A stretch of 61,388 nt of DNA, the filler included, from Porpidia crustulata (lineage: Eukaryota), in NCBI GenBank assembly GCA_964255105.1. It is 14 parts of 14 records of this genome, joined end to end, with 100 filler letters (N's around TTAATTAATTAA, not from the genome) between each part and the next. Parts side by side here need not be neighbours in the genome. Positions count along the whole stretch, not along the records: positions 8,851 to 13,159 come from CAXUWE010002100.1; positions 13,260 to 17,567 come from CAXUWE010002101.1; positions 17,668 to 21,972 come from CAXUWE010002102.1; 11 more parts are not named here. The stretch is one strand, 5' to 3'. Under the pieces are notes generated by a model. The model saw nothing but the letters and a program-made list of their open reading frames with translations, did no database searches and was not told the DNA's origin. A program made the position numbers and the translations under genes. This document shows positions 9,245 to 21,422 of the stretch, piece after piece; the first letter of the stretch is position 1; each line of letters begins with the position of its first letter.

Positions 9245-11855
9245 CTAATCCGGACGGGCACTATTGGAATTTGTATACGAGTAGTCAAGCAACTGAGAGC
9301 TCGAGGAGCACCCTTGCTCCATGTTCAGATTCGTCGTAAGAGAGCTATGCCACGGATTATCTGTCGTATACATGATTTCATCAGAGGGAACAGAAGGCGA
9401 GTGATCAAGCAACTGAGGAATCCGAGATTCCGCTTGCATCAGATCCGTCGTAAGAGAGCCGTGCCCCTGATTATCTGTCGAAGATATGATTTCATCCGAA
9501 TGAGCATTAAAGAGAACAAAATCCGGATGGTCAATCAATTCAGAATCCGAGGACCATACTTGCTCCATGTTGAAATCCGTCATAAGAGAGCCGTGTCCCT
9601 GCTTGTCTGTCGTCGATATGATTTCATCCGAAAAAGCATCAAAGAGAACCAAAGGCAGATCAGTAAGCAATTGAGATTCGGAGGACCACACTTGCTCCAC
9701 GCTCAGATTCGTCGTAAGAGAGCCGTGCTCCTGATAATCCGTCGTAAATACGTATCGACGCCGCTGGATTTCTTTAACCTTTTGCAAGAAAGCGTGGACA
9801 AGTATCTCATGCTGGACTGACAGACTCTGGTGCTGAGAGGATTTAAACACATTATCCGCCGACGTCCTCGGGCTTGTTGGGTTTTGCATTAAATACTGTT
9901 CCCTAAACCATCCTGATGTCTCCCATTCGACTGATTCATTTATAGGCCAGAAAAGTCTTATTACAAATCGTGCGTCTACCTTCACGGTAGATTTGTCAAC
10001 TCCTTCGAAACCCAATATGTAATATCCAGATTGCAGTGGACTGCGAACCGTTGCGTGGTAGAAGGATCTTGTCTCGGGATACCGTGCAAAAACTCGCATT
10101 CCAACGGCATATTGGACCATCTCTTCCCCCACTTCCGGAATAGGGTCCAAATCTTCAGCAGCTTTTGTATAGATTAGTCCAGCCACTCCATTAGAAGGCT
10201 CAAGATCTTGAACTTGATATCTAGACGCCATATTAGCCACGTGAGCATTGATAAAGGATGCTTCGAAATCCATACTGCGTCGGCCTTGCATCACGATTCA
10301 CGCTGATGATAACGCCTTGAATCCATCCTTGATCACTTTCAGAACAATTAAACGCAACTTCCCTACCCGGTACTAGAGACCAATCAACATTGTATATCGA
10401 TAAGTCTTTGACCTGGTTAATAACACGGATGCGGCGATAAAGACGCATCTCGTCATTGGCTTCGTGTTCACGTTTACGTTTCAGTACGCCTGGTCCTAGC
10501 TCCGGTGGGCGAGGTGAAGCTTGTGCAGCTTGGTGTTTCGAGACGGACAGATTGTTGACCGAAGGACTAGACACGGACGGCTCAAATTGATTCTGCTGTA
10601 GAACGTGATGAGAAAAAGCCATTCCACATTGTTGACAGTCGACAATTTCATTTAATGCCACCCTACTGATGGTCGTTGAACATCCTGGACAGGCGCTTTC
10701 ATTGGCCAATTTCGTATGAAACACCATACTCATGTCCACCCTCTGTCCAGGCTGGAAAACCGTGTCCCAGTCTCTGTATAAGTCGATCTGCCGCCTAGAG
10801 CTAGCATCTTGAATCACAAATTCTCCTCTATCAATTTTTTGGGCGCCAGATCCTACTTTGCCAAAATTAATCTTTAACACCGATATGAAAGCCTGTACGT
10901 ATTTCTATCAGCAGGACGGACAAGGAGATGTGGGACCGCGGGATTTTACTTCGGTAGACCTTACGAATTCAAGATGGAAAGGTGCTGTCCTACCCAAAGC
11001 GTCCAACAGGTACACTGGCTGCTGCCGTTGCACCTGACCCGGGACCTGGGTGATTATCTTTTGAATATTGCACACTATCTGGAAAACCTCGAGGTTGATG
11101 CGCCTTGGCCTTGTCAAACCCGATCTCGATGGACAGAATAATAAGTGTCTTACATAATTCTCGCTGTGAATTTTAACAATTCCTTTCCCTGTTGAACACC
11201 GCTGACGGATCGATCAGTATCACATGTTCTAGCAGACTTGTGAGTGATACAGTACCCTGCAACAGCGTCTGCGATTCTGGCGAATTTGCCCATGCATTGA
11301 ATAGATGCGTCTTGAATCATACTTGCCAAGGTCTTCTGAGCTTGATTGTTTTCACGAGAATGAAAAGTTGTAGCGTTCCTATCAGAGTTCATAAGTAAAG
11401 TTGTCAAGTCCAGGTTTGAGATCATACATTTGAACCGTCAACAGCAGAACTTCGATAGCACCGGTATGACCTCGCAAATCGGCTTTGAACCTAGCCAAGT
11501 CCTCTTTTTTACAAAGCGCCCATTTGACTTTCATCCATCCACTTTTGATCCGAAAACCAGATAGATCTTGACCAAGATGTGGTTGGTAGTTCCTGATCTT
11601 CTTCCAAAAATCGTCAATTGTTTTGTAGCACTGCGAGGCCGCTTGCTGCAGAGCAATCTGTTCGTTAATTTGCGATTCGTCAAGCTCTATCCGTTTGACT
11701 CGGAAAAGGGCCTGTTCAAGGGTGTAGAGCTCGCGAACGAGCTCGCGGTACTCAAGACTGGCATCTCCAGATTCACGCAGAGTATCAATCACTGTGCTGA
11801 CGAGCTTGAGAGCCGCAATGAAGTCACCAGCAGAGAACCCGAAGCCGACCGACAT
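9245..11855 (-). CDS. About 781-aa multidomain protein: fungal STAND/NLR-type N-terminal helical domain + ubiquitin-like domain + CxxC Zn motif + SGF29-like tandem Tudor + C-terminal repeats
   Basis: Five GT-AG introns (11379-11427, 11202-11255, 11104-11153, 10893-10949, 10221-10275) give one 2346-nt frame. Motifs: MSVGFGFSAGDFIAAL...WMKVKWALCKKEDL; QQPVYLLDALGRTAPFHLEF...WDTVFQPGQRVDMSMVF; CPGC..CQQC; GREVAF..WIQG..YQVQDLEP..VFARYPETRSFYHA..LGFEG..VDARFVI. Confidence 0.75.
9278..9745 (-). repeat. Coding tandem repeat, 4 diverged units of about 132 nt (44 aa)
   Basis: Units start at 9745, 9613, 9481 and 9367. Consensus TTDxQxHGSLTTxLxxEQVWSSxSQLLDxxxxVLFxAxSDEIIS. Unit 3 is shortened to 38 aa and unit 4 is partial. 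Confidence 0.92.
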
Positions 11856-12546
11856 GACACTGTTGACCTCCTGATATTATACCGCGAGGAAATAAGACCG
11901 CAGGCTACAATTAATATGAGATAACATTAGATGAAAGATTTGCAGAATTCCGACGATGTTTGAATGAGAAATGGATCAATGGATCAGCGAAACCTCCAGA
12001 TTCGCCATTTCGATTGACAAGAATCGAGAGATAGGCATGCAATGAGCGTGATAGCATGCTGCATGCTCAGCCTCGGTGGCGACACATATTTGAGGCTTCG
12101 AACTGGGCTTAGTGGTAGAGTAGAGTATACCGTAGGGCTGATAAATATATCTGAAATCGCCGACCATTTACCTCTTTCCAGTTGTTGGTACAAGGTAGGC
12201 AGTAACTCGCTCGAGCCACAAGTCTACATTTCAACAAAAGATTCTTGGTTAAAAGGGAAAATCGATATGTAGTTCTTCGCGCAGTCTGTTGATGATCTAG
12301 AGCATGCGAGGGAGCATTCCGTCCTCTCTTCGCCCAGCGGAGTTTATATTGGAAAAGTCCGCTTAAATCCGTTATGCTGGACAACCTCATCCATGCTCCA
12401 TCTGACTCATGAGACAAGCTGGGTCCTCAGACATGACCACTGGTACCTACATAAGACAGCGAGGTTTCCGCTGTCTTCAAGAAATATTCCAGTGATCGCA
12501 AAATTTTCGAGATACAGGTTTGGATTCAAATCATCCCATAGTCATC

Positions 12547-13159
12547 ATGGAGTACACCCGGTGCGTTGAGCTTATTCCTTAGGTCTTTCGGAGTCTAATG
12601 ATCAATAGCCTGGGCAAGTCTGGCCTCAAGGTCTCCAAGGTCATTCTTGGGGCAATGAGTTATGGAAGTCCTGAATGGCAAGGCTGGGTCCTAGACGAAG
12701 AAAAGTCTCTACCGCTCCTAGAGCACGCCTACAAAGTGGGTATAAATACCTGGGATACCGCCGATGTATACAGTAACGGTGTCTCCGAAGAAATCATAGG
12801 CAAAGCCCTCAAGAAGTTTAACATTCCCCGCTCCAAGATCGTCCTTCTCAGCAAGTGCTTCTTCGGCGTTGAATATGGCTCCCAGCCACCTCTTAGCAAA
12901 GTTGCTGTCAACGATGGGGAATTTGTCAATCGCGCAGGACTTTCAAGAAAACACATTTTCGAAGCTGTAGATGCGAGTGTGGAGAGATTGGGGACATATA
13001 TCGACGTGTTGCAAATCCATCGCTTGGACCGTGAAACCCCCAGGGAAGAGATCATGAAGGCATTGAACGATGTAGTGAATAGTGGAAAAGTCCGATACAT
13101 CGGCGCAAGCTCGGTACCACCCCCCCGCCAAACCCGCGCAGCAGAAAACCGAACCTAAC
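12547..13159 (+). CDS. Aldo-keto reductase (aryl-alcohol dehydrogenase-like), 5' part
   Basis: MEYTR/LGKSGLKVSKVILGAMSYG, WDTADVYSNGVSEEIIGKAL, LSRKHIFEAVDASVERLGTYIDVLQIHRLD and GKVRYIGASS. Confidence 0.95.
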
Positions 13160-13500
13160 NNNNNNNNNNNNNNNNNNNNNNNNNNNNNNNNNNNNNNNNN
13201 NNNTTAATTAATTAANNNNNNNNNNNNNNNNNNNNNNNNNNNNNNNNNNNNNNNNNNNNGTGTGGAAATGGATGTTGCTACTGTGCTTGCTACCTCTAAA
13301 TTATGTAGTATAGTGCCCCAACGCCATTAAATATTTATCTCCAGCGTGCATCACCCCTAGTCAATGAATGAAGCCACCGGTGAACCCTGACCAAGCACCC
13401 CACAGTTGATGGATGTTGAGTGGAAGTCCATCAGCCGAGACATTGTCCGAAGATTCGAGGACGATAGCGTAATGACGGAGGAGCAGTTCCGGGAGCCGAT

Positions 13501-13829
13501 CTCAACTATCGAGGCATCGAGAAGCTGGGCGAGGCAGCGAAGGATCGTGCTTCTGACTCTCATTGACGTGAAAAGGACTGATGCTCAGTTGTAGAGCGAC
13601 AGACTCCTCAGGCTACTATGCTATGATTTCCTAATGTTAGACATCGAAATACAGAACCTGGACAAAAGTAGTGGCAACATACAAGAGCCACAAAAGCCCC
13701 ATCCCATTCGTTGGTGTGAAACGCTGAGTCTCCGTAGGATCTCCTTGTTGGACTCGGTGGAGGAGGGCCTGGTGACGGCCGTGGTGATGGATAGTCCGAC
13801 CTTGACATACTTTCGTTGTTGGGCGACAT
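13501..13829 (-). CDS. Possible small two-exon Pro/Ser-rich hypothetical protein
   Basis: ATG at 13829, MSPNNESMSRSDYPSPRPSPGPPPPSP...GAFVAL, then a GTATGT donor and a downstream exon PEESVALQLSISPF...CLDS*. No family recognised. Confidence 0.3.
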
Positions 13830-15210
13830 AGTGGCGATGGATCGAGAATTCGACTTTGGCGTCTAGAGGTTTCTATGTATGATGAGGTTATGTAAAGAGC
13901 AAGGGGGCCAAGGGATGGACATATCCCTTATATGCTAGAGCATATTGGAGATTCTTTCGCCAACTAGATAGGAAACCTTTTCCGGCTCGGAAATATTGAG
14001 AAATATTTGTTCGGCAGGAAATTAGTCCATATTCCAACGTGATGGCAGTGTAACGGAAATGTTTGAGATCTCATGCACCCCAGAGTAGCGAAGATGGTAT
14101 TTCTCGATCTGCAACACGTGTGTTGCGAGTATATGCAAGGGCCGCTCCCATTGCCACGGATGCCGGGACGTCGGATATCGAGGTCAAGTGCAGTACAGCA
14201 TGCTATATTTCTAAATCAGTATGTACCCGAAATTAGGCGGATGTGATCTGAGAATTGAGGAGATGTATGGATAAGTTACTAATAATACTATGTTTCGGAA
14301 GGGAACTGTAGGTATCCGGCGATCGAATTGTAGAAAACGGGGATGAACATGAAAATTAAGGAACACAATGAGATGGTGAGCTATGATTGAGGTATAACAA
14401 GGGATTTATACTCGGGTGTAACGTATTACAGGTGGAAACGACCATCCAAGGTAATAATGGACGCACAAGTGAGCAGAGAGCAGAGCTTAGCGTGATGTCG
14501 CTCGGAGTCTGGATCTTTGAAACCAAATGATTGGAAGAGAATAATGAGACTGGGCCAGACCAGTAGGGCACATCAACGCAGACGTGGCATTTCTCCCAGA
14601 GTGCCAAATAGCCGTGGGACCACAATATACCACAAGCGTGCGGCACTATTCTACTCAGAAGCTGAGAACAACGCCGAGAGCATTGAAGTCGCTATCGAGA
14701 TCGGATTGCCGGAAAAAGCTGCTGATAATGTGTGGCCGTATAACGATTTAATAATTGAGGGTTGGTCCAAAGTCCTAACAGAGGTGCACAAGGTGCACAG
14801 CTCGCGCCAAACGCGGCTACAAAAGTTTACCGCCTTGCACAGGACGACGGTAAATTTGTTAAAGGATTGATTGTGACGAACAGCACAATTGTGATACTAA
14901 ACAATTCAGTCTTTTCGGAGTTACTCCAGTTCGTTGGTCTTGATACTGGCGATATGAGATGAGGCATCACACTTGATATACCAGACCTGACACAAATTTG
15001 ATTTTGAGAGGGGATCTTCTGACAGTGCCTAGCTGGATCAGAGTTGCTTCTGCGGCCAGACCCCTTTCTTTCGATCCCAGATGATCACATTTTTTATTAT
15101 GCCGTAGCTCAAGCTAAAGCCACCTCTGTACACCTATTCAGTTTTTCCTCTAATTTCATTTCACATTCAGGAAGATCCTTGTCTATATCTTCGCCAGCTC
15201 AGCATCCACT

Positions 15211-16614
15211 ATGTCGGTCTGGAATCCCGACAATATTAGAGACGTTGCTGAATCTGTTGGAATTTCATCACTTAGTGATGAGGTCCTCGCTGGCCTGTCA
15301 TCAGATATAGAATACCGATTGGCGCAAGTTCTGGAAGAGGCTCTCAAATTTATGCGACATGGCAAGCGGACTACTTTATGGACGCAAGATGTTGCACAAG
15401 CCCTGAGGACTCTTGACGTAGAGCCGTTATATGGATATGAGTCAACACGACCTTTACGATTTGGTGAAGCATCAATAGGGCCAGGACAACCGTTATTCTA
15501 TGTTGAGGACGAGGAAGTGGATTTTGAGAAGCTTATAAATGCACCATTACCGAAAGTCCCACGAGAGATGTCACTTACTGGTATGCCCATGATTTGAATA
15601 TTAAGACTATTTATTAAGCTGTATGTAGCACATTGGCTCGCTGTAGAGGGTGTACAACCCTCGATACCCCAAAATCCCACCACAGCCGACTCCCGAAACC
15701 AAGAATTGACTCCCAAAGGCCCCGGTGCAAACCCCAACATTGCTGCTATCAGCGGCAACGACAACGTCACCGTGAAGCCTCTGGTCAAACATATCCTCTC
15801 TAAAGAGTTGCAGCTCTACTTTGAAAAAATTTGCAGTGCCCTGCTCGATGAAACAAATGATGAGTTTCGAATCTCCGCCCTCGCCAGCGTTCGAAGCGAC
15901 CCTGGTCTCCATCAACTGGTCCCCTACTTTGTGCAATTCATCGCCGAAAAAGTCACCCATAATCTTAAGAACCTCTTCGTGCTTACCCAGATGATGCAAC
16001 TTACCTCCGCCATGCTCGACAATGAGAGCCTATACGTCGACCCTTACATCGCCTCCCTCATCCCTCCAATTCTCACCTGCCTCCTCGGTCACCACCTAGG
16101 CCCACCGCCTTATCCGGATCTTCAAGCGACCTTACCCCTCCGCCAACTCGCCGCCTCCCTCACCGGCCTCGTCGCAAAAAAATACGCCAAATCTAGCCAT
16201 ACGCTCCGCCCACGCCTCGCCCGCACCTGTCTCCAACACTTCCTCACTCCCACCAAACCCTTCGGCTCCAACTACGGCGGCATCATCGGCTTGCAAGCCG
16301 TCGGCGACGGCGAGGCCGTCCGAGCGCTGATCCTACCGAACCTGAAGGACTACGGAGAACTGCTGCGGGACGCCCTGGAAGGTACCGACGAGGTCAAAAG
16401 CCGAGACGCGGAGACGGTGCTGCGTGAGCTCGTGAAAGCGGCCAGCTGGTTGGAGGGCGACAGTCTGGGGGCCACGAACGGCTTTTCCACCGGGGACGCG
16501 GAGGCGATGAACGAGAAGCTGAGGGAGAAGGTCGGGGGGTTGATCGCGGAGAGAATTATCGAGTTGAGGAGGCCGAAGCTGGTCAAGGCGATTGTGGGGG
16601 AACAGTTTACGTGA
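15211..16614 (+). CDS. TAF6: TFIID/SAGA subunit TAF6
   Basis: [18 protein letters not shown] histone fold, [36 protein letters not shown] and [11 protein letters not shown]; one intron near 15580-15628. Confidence 0.97.
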
Positions 16615-17093
16615 GAGATGAGAGATGATTCATCGATAGTTGGACCAGGCGCGGTTACCGGGCAGGATTAGATGTTAGAATACCAACGGCGTTTCTCCGC
16701 CTTGCATTCCTTTCCCCAGTATGCCATAGCAAAACTTTCATGATGCAACCACGAGCAGGACACAACCGCAAGTAAATGGCATCTCACAGCCTCGAATCAT
16801 CCACTTTCCCTCTTCTATTCCCCCACCAAAAGCATCTAAATCGAATAGTAGAACGTTCGACGAATCCTAGCGTGTATCACTCCGCAGACCCTGTCGTTTG
16901 TTGCCCCGGGTCGACTGGAGCTAGATAGGCTGAAAGTCACCAGCTGCGACACAAATCCCATTCGCGCAATTTTGACTTGCAAATGCAATTTCTCGTCGAG
17001 GCGTGAAGACCCTGATTTAGATTTCCCGGAGAACACCCATGCGATGCGTACACGTTGGTATGAAAATGCACCACACACATACGACCAGGTATC

Positions 17094-17567
17094 TTAAACG
17101 GTTCCATTTGCATTACCCGGCCTCTCCACAATCGCCACCAACTCCTTTGTAATATCTTCGAAAACGCCGCAGAGCGAGCAACTTCTATACTTGTCTACCA
17201 GCAAGGCCGTTTGGTCCTCCTTCGGTACTTCCTCCTGCTCCACACCCTCCGCACCCTCCTCGCCGTCAACTTCGCCTTCTTCGTCCCTCACGCCGACAGT
17301 CCCGTATCGAGGTCTGCGCCCGTCCTCGATCAGCGTGCCCCATTTCGGATCAACAGGTACCCGGCCCAGGAACTTGACGCCGAATTCCTCCGCCATGACC
17401 TCGCCCCCACCCTTGCCGAACAAGTTCGTTCCCACGCCACAGCACTCGCACACGTACCCGCTCATGTTCTCCACCACGCCCAATACCCGTATCCCCACCT
17501 TTGCGCAGAAATTGACTTCTTTGCGCACATCCGAGATCGCCACGGCCTGGGGCGTTGTGACAACGAC
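17094..17567 (-). CDS. CFD1: Cytosolic Fe-S cluster assembly P-loop NTPase Cfd1, 3' part
   Basis: [46 protein letters not shown] and the [12 protein letters not shown]-terminus. Confidence 0.9.
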   Translation of the reverse strand, partial: VVVTTPQAVAISDVRKEVNFCAKVGIRVLGVVENMSGYVCECCGVGTNLFGKGGGEVMAEEFGVKFLGRVPVDPKWGTLIEDGRRPRYGTVGVRDEEGEVDGEEGAEGVEQEEVPKEDQTALLVDKYRSCSLCGVFEDITKELVAIVERPGNANGTV

Positions 17568-17667
17568 NNNNNNNNNNNNNNNNNNNNNNNNNNNNNNNNN
17601 NNNNNNNNNNNTTAATTAATTAANNNNNNNNNNNNNNNNNNNNNNNNNNNNNNNNNNNNNNNNNNNN

Positions 17668-20568
17668 GGCGTAGGGAGATGTGTGAGGAGGATGGGGAGA
17701 CTGTTGTTGATAGGGCGTAGGGGAAAGGCTGGGGGGTGTTGGTTGGGGATTGGCGTTTGACTGTGTCAGAGGGGCAGGTTGTGCCACATAATTTGTAGGA
17801 TGGCCGTTTGAGCCATTTTGCTGCTGTGGTGGATTTGACTGCGGAAATGACGATTGCGGAGTTGGAGATGGAGGTGGTTTTACAGCCGGAGCCGATTGAT
17901 AAGGCGATTGATATGTTGAGGACGTATCGGCTTGTGCGTTTATCAGTGGTGGAGGAATGCCTTTCGGTCCCATAGATGGCGGTAGGTGATGCATAGGAGG
18001 ATACATGTGAGCAACTGGCATGCCGGGATACATACCATAAGGAGGCTGACCTGGTTGATTGTGAGGATACCCACCGGGAGGAGGCATGCCCGTGTAATAA
18101 TTTTGAGGCTGCATCATTTGAGCATTAGAAGGATAATAATGTTGCGATGGCATTGGAGGTGGTGTTTGTCTTCTTTTCTTTTCTTTCTCAATCGATACCT
18201 CAGGCACGAGGCCCCACATCCAGCCTTTACCGTCCCGCTCAATCTTCTGGAAAGCAGGGTGCTGGGAGAGATTGTGACGGACACTACTCTGCCAGCCCGT
18301 AGTTTGAACCCGAAGTTTATAGAATGGGTATTTCCTCTCGATGGCACGATATATTTGTGGAAGTGACATGGCACCGGTCTTCGAATTGGTAAGCGCTTCA
18401 TGGATTAAGATAACGTAAGATGAATTAGGTTTTGCAAGCTGCTCCGGCGTCATAGTGGACTCGTCGTATACGGGTGATGGAGATCTTGGAGGTTTAGGAG
18501 GCTTCTTCTCCTTTGGCGGCTTTGACACTACGCCAGCAGCAAGTAATTGCTCCGGAGGGATAGACTCGGTATGCTCAGTGCTATCACGTACGCGTTGCTC
18601 CTCCCCCACTTGCACGTCAGCCTTACTTTTGCGTTTCTTGTATTTTCTCTTTCCATTAGGCTGGAGCGATCCCTCTTCCTGCTTGAGATCATGATCAGGG
18701 TTGCCGCTCTTCACGCTGCTACCTGCGGGTTGCTCTCCAGAGGCTTCTAGGGCTGCCGCTTTAGCTGCCTCTCGAGCTTGTCTTGCTAACAGTGCTTGCT
18801 CTCTTTTCGAGATGATCCCGTTCTTGGGAGGCCTACCCGGACCTTTGCGCTTCGGTTTTGGAGGTTCCGGCTCCAGTTCCGGCTCCAGTTCCGGCTCTGG
18901 TTCCGGCTCTGGTTCGGGCGTTGGCGCTGGCCTTGCATTCTTCTTTGCTGGCTTTCTTGCCGGCATTTTTGCTCGCTTCTTCGTCACCTGTTTCGCCGTC
19001 TTTCTCGATGCCTTTGTTGTTGATTTCCTCACTGGCTTTTTGACTACTCTTTGCTCCTCTTCCACCTCTTCATCCTCGGATTCTTCATCTGCATCTTCGC
19101 TTGGTTCTTGTATCAGGACCTTTTCTCGTTGTACTTGCGCTCCATCTTCATCAGCTTCATCTTCACTGCTGTTCTCATTGCCATCCTCTTCATCGTCGTT
19201 AATATCCGAGCTCTCGGCGTCTACCTCACCACTCCCGGCTTCGCTACTATCTGCCATATTATGACGTTCCCCTCTTCCGTCCTCAAAGTCGAAGCTCATT
19301 TTGCCACCAGTGGCTGGATCTGCGTCGAAAGTTGACTCGGCACCGGTCTCGCCTAGTGCGACGTCAGGAAGTAAGAATCTGATACCAACGCCGCCAATCT
19401 GCAGGAAGCTTCCACTCTTCAGTGGTTGAGTATCACCTTCGGGATACCACTCTTCATCAACAAAGGCGCCATTTCTACCAGTTATTGTAACCTCGAACAA
19501 ATGCTTCTCGAAATTGAAACTAATCTTGACATGTTTCCGTGATATACCCTTGTGGCCAGTCGGGCCACCTTCAGTTATTGCGGGCGGATGTATGGGTACC
19601 AATGGACATGCGTCGGGATGTGGCATTGAGCTGCGAGGATCCACGTACAGCTCTCCGAGCGATGCCATAGCCAACGCCTGATAATCCGTCCTCTGGTTTG
19701 GTAAGACAAGTGAACTTTTGCATGATACGTACTGCGATGAGGAAGTAGTCGATTTTGATTTTCGACGTTTGTCGCCCTGTCTGTCAAAGTCTACACCAAT
19801 TATTCCTCCACTCTCGCTGACAACGCTGCTCGCATAAGGCCGTCCATTGTCGTGTTTGGCTCTCTTTGGTGTACGGGGCGCATCCCCGGTGCTTGCGCTC
19901 CGCTTTCTTGGTCGTGATTCAAGACTTTGCGCTGCGTCTTGCTCTATTTCAGCTGCAAGCCTAGCCGCTTCTATATCTCGACCAATGTCTACCGAGTATG
20001 TGTTCATGTAGAATTCGCCGTCGTCAAACTCCAGCTTTGCAAAGGCTTGTATTCGCGGTGCTTCGCTTTCAAGGAAAGATGGTGCTGTCTCGAGATAGGG
20101 AGCGTCGGTCATGATATCTTCATCTTGGGTCGCCATAGAAGCCACTCCAGTATCTTGGGTCAGAGTGGGCTCTTCAAAGTTCATGAAGTCTTGGAAAGGT
20201 ATTGGGTCTTCGCTAGACAGATTCGCTACTACTTCGTTGGGCCCAAGTATGGCCTGGCCAGCATTGTAATGATGGGGATCACCGCCGTTCATGGATATGA
20301 TCATTCCTTGGTCACTTGCATACTGGTCACCATTGACCGGGACCCGTGGATACCCATTTTCGAGTCCTGATACTGCGTTCCTGAGATCCACTGCTGGGCC
20401 TGCAGCTATTGCGATCGCTTGCGCGATATCTTGTGATACTTCTTGACTTGCGGCTTCTGGCATTTCTTCTTTGCTCTCCATGATAGGACTTGGTAGACGG
20501 TCTTGTCTTCCTATTTGTCTGCAATCCGATACACTTGCGCCATGTGCTAGAACTTCCTCCGTGCTCAT
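17668..20568 (-). CDS. FHA + forkhead transcription factor (Fhl1-like) with AT-hook, 3'-truncated
   Basis: IQAFAKLEFDDGEFYMNTY...ISRKHVKI...GRNGAFVD (FHA); KPNSSYVILIHEAL...GWQSSVRHNLSQHPAF (forkhead); PGRPPK AT-hook; (PE)n tract. Confidence 0.93.
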
Positions 20569-20944
20569 TGTCGTTTGCGCATGGTGTTGGATATTAGCAG
20601 ACGGTTTTAAATTCGGAGGGCTTCAGAGAGCTTATGAGGGGCACTTGTAATCTGCTACAGCAGAATCTCATCCGCCATTTGGCGCAAACAGCTTTCGTCC
20701 TGATTGTCAATTGCGATGGTATTGGACGAATGGCGACTTCTGCAAACCGGTGCCCGCAATGTTGCGAGAAAAGATGAAGAGAAGACGAAGATGAAGATGA
20801 AGATCAAGGTGCGGAATTAACAGCGTGTGGTCCAAGCGCCTGGAACTTTTTGACAGGGATCAATTATTACAGCTATGAATAATACGATACCAATATCTAT
20901 ACATTTCAAACTTTGGTATAGCGAATCGCATCGAGTTATCGACG

Positions 20945-21422
20945 ATGCCAGCAAAGTCTTCTCGTCGAGGCAACACGTCTTCAAAACCAAAAGGCACTCG
21001 TACGCCCGAGCCACTACCCAAGTGGCCTGCGCTGAAACCCCTAATCCCCACCTCGGATCTTACTCTGGAGAATATCCTCGAAGACCAAATAGTCGTGATC
21101 CGTAATCTATTCACCCCGACCCTTTGTAGAAATTATGTCTCCTTCCTTTCGACTCTACCGCTCACAACCACTCCCGGACAGCCCAAGAAGGGCGACGCCG
21201 TCAGGGTGAATGATCGCATCCAATTCGATGATTATGCATTCGCCGAGCAGCTCTGGGCTTCGACAGGCCTTCGAGATCTTGTGACGGGTGTCGTCTCGCA
21301 CGGAGAGGGTTCTGATATGTCGCCTGAACAATTAAGAGCGCTCTGGGGCGGTAGAGTTTGTGGTTTGAACCCTCGTATCAGGATATATCGATACGGAAAG
21401 GGGCAATTCTTCGATCAACACT
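20945..21422 (+). CDS. 2OG-Fe(II) dioxygenase (prolyl-hydroxylase-like), exon 1
   Basis: VRVNDRIQFDD..AEQLW..GLNPRIRIYRYGKGQFFDQH followed by a GTAAGT donor at 21423. The HxD motif is split by the intron and no next exon was found on this contig. Confidence 0.85.

Noticed and set aside
14356..14962. ORF 14517-14870 upstream of TAF6
   Set aside because: Non-ATG start and no family similarity recognised.
18860..18920. Hexamer repeats encoding (PE)n; also (GGCGTA)n near 32660-32686 and (GAAGAT)n near 20772-20805
   Set aside because: Ordinary low-complexity or microsatellite tracts.
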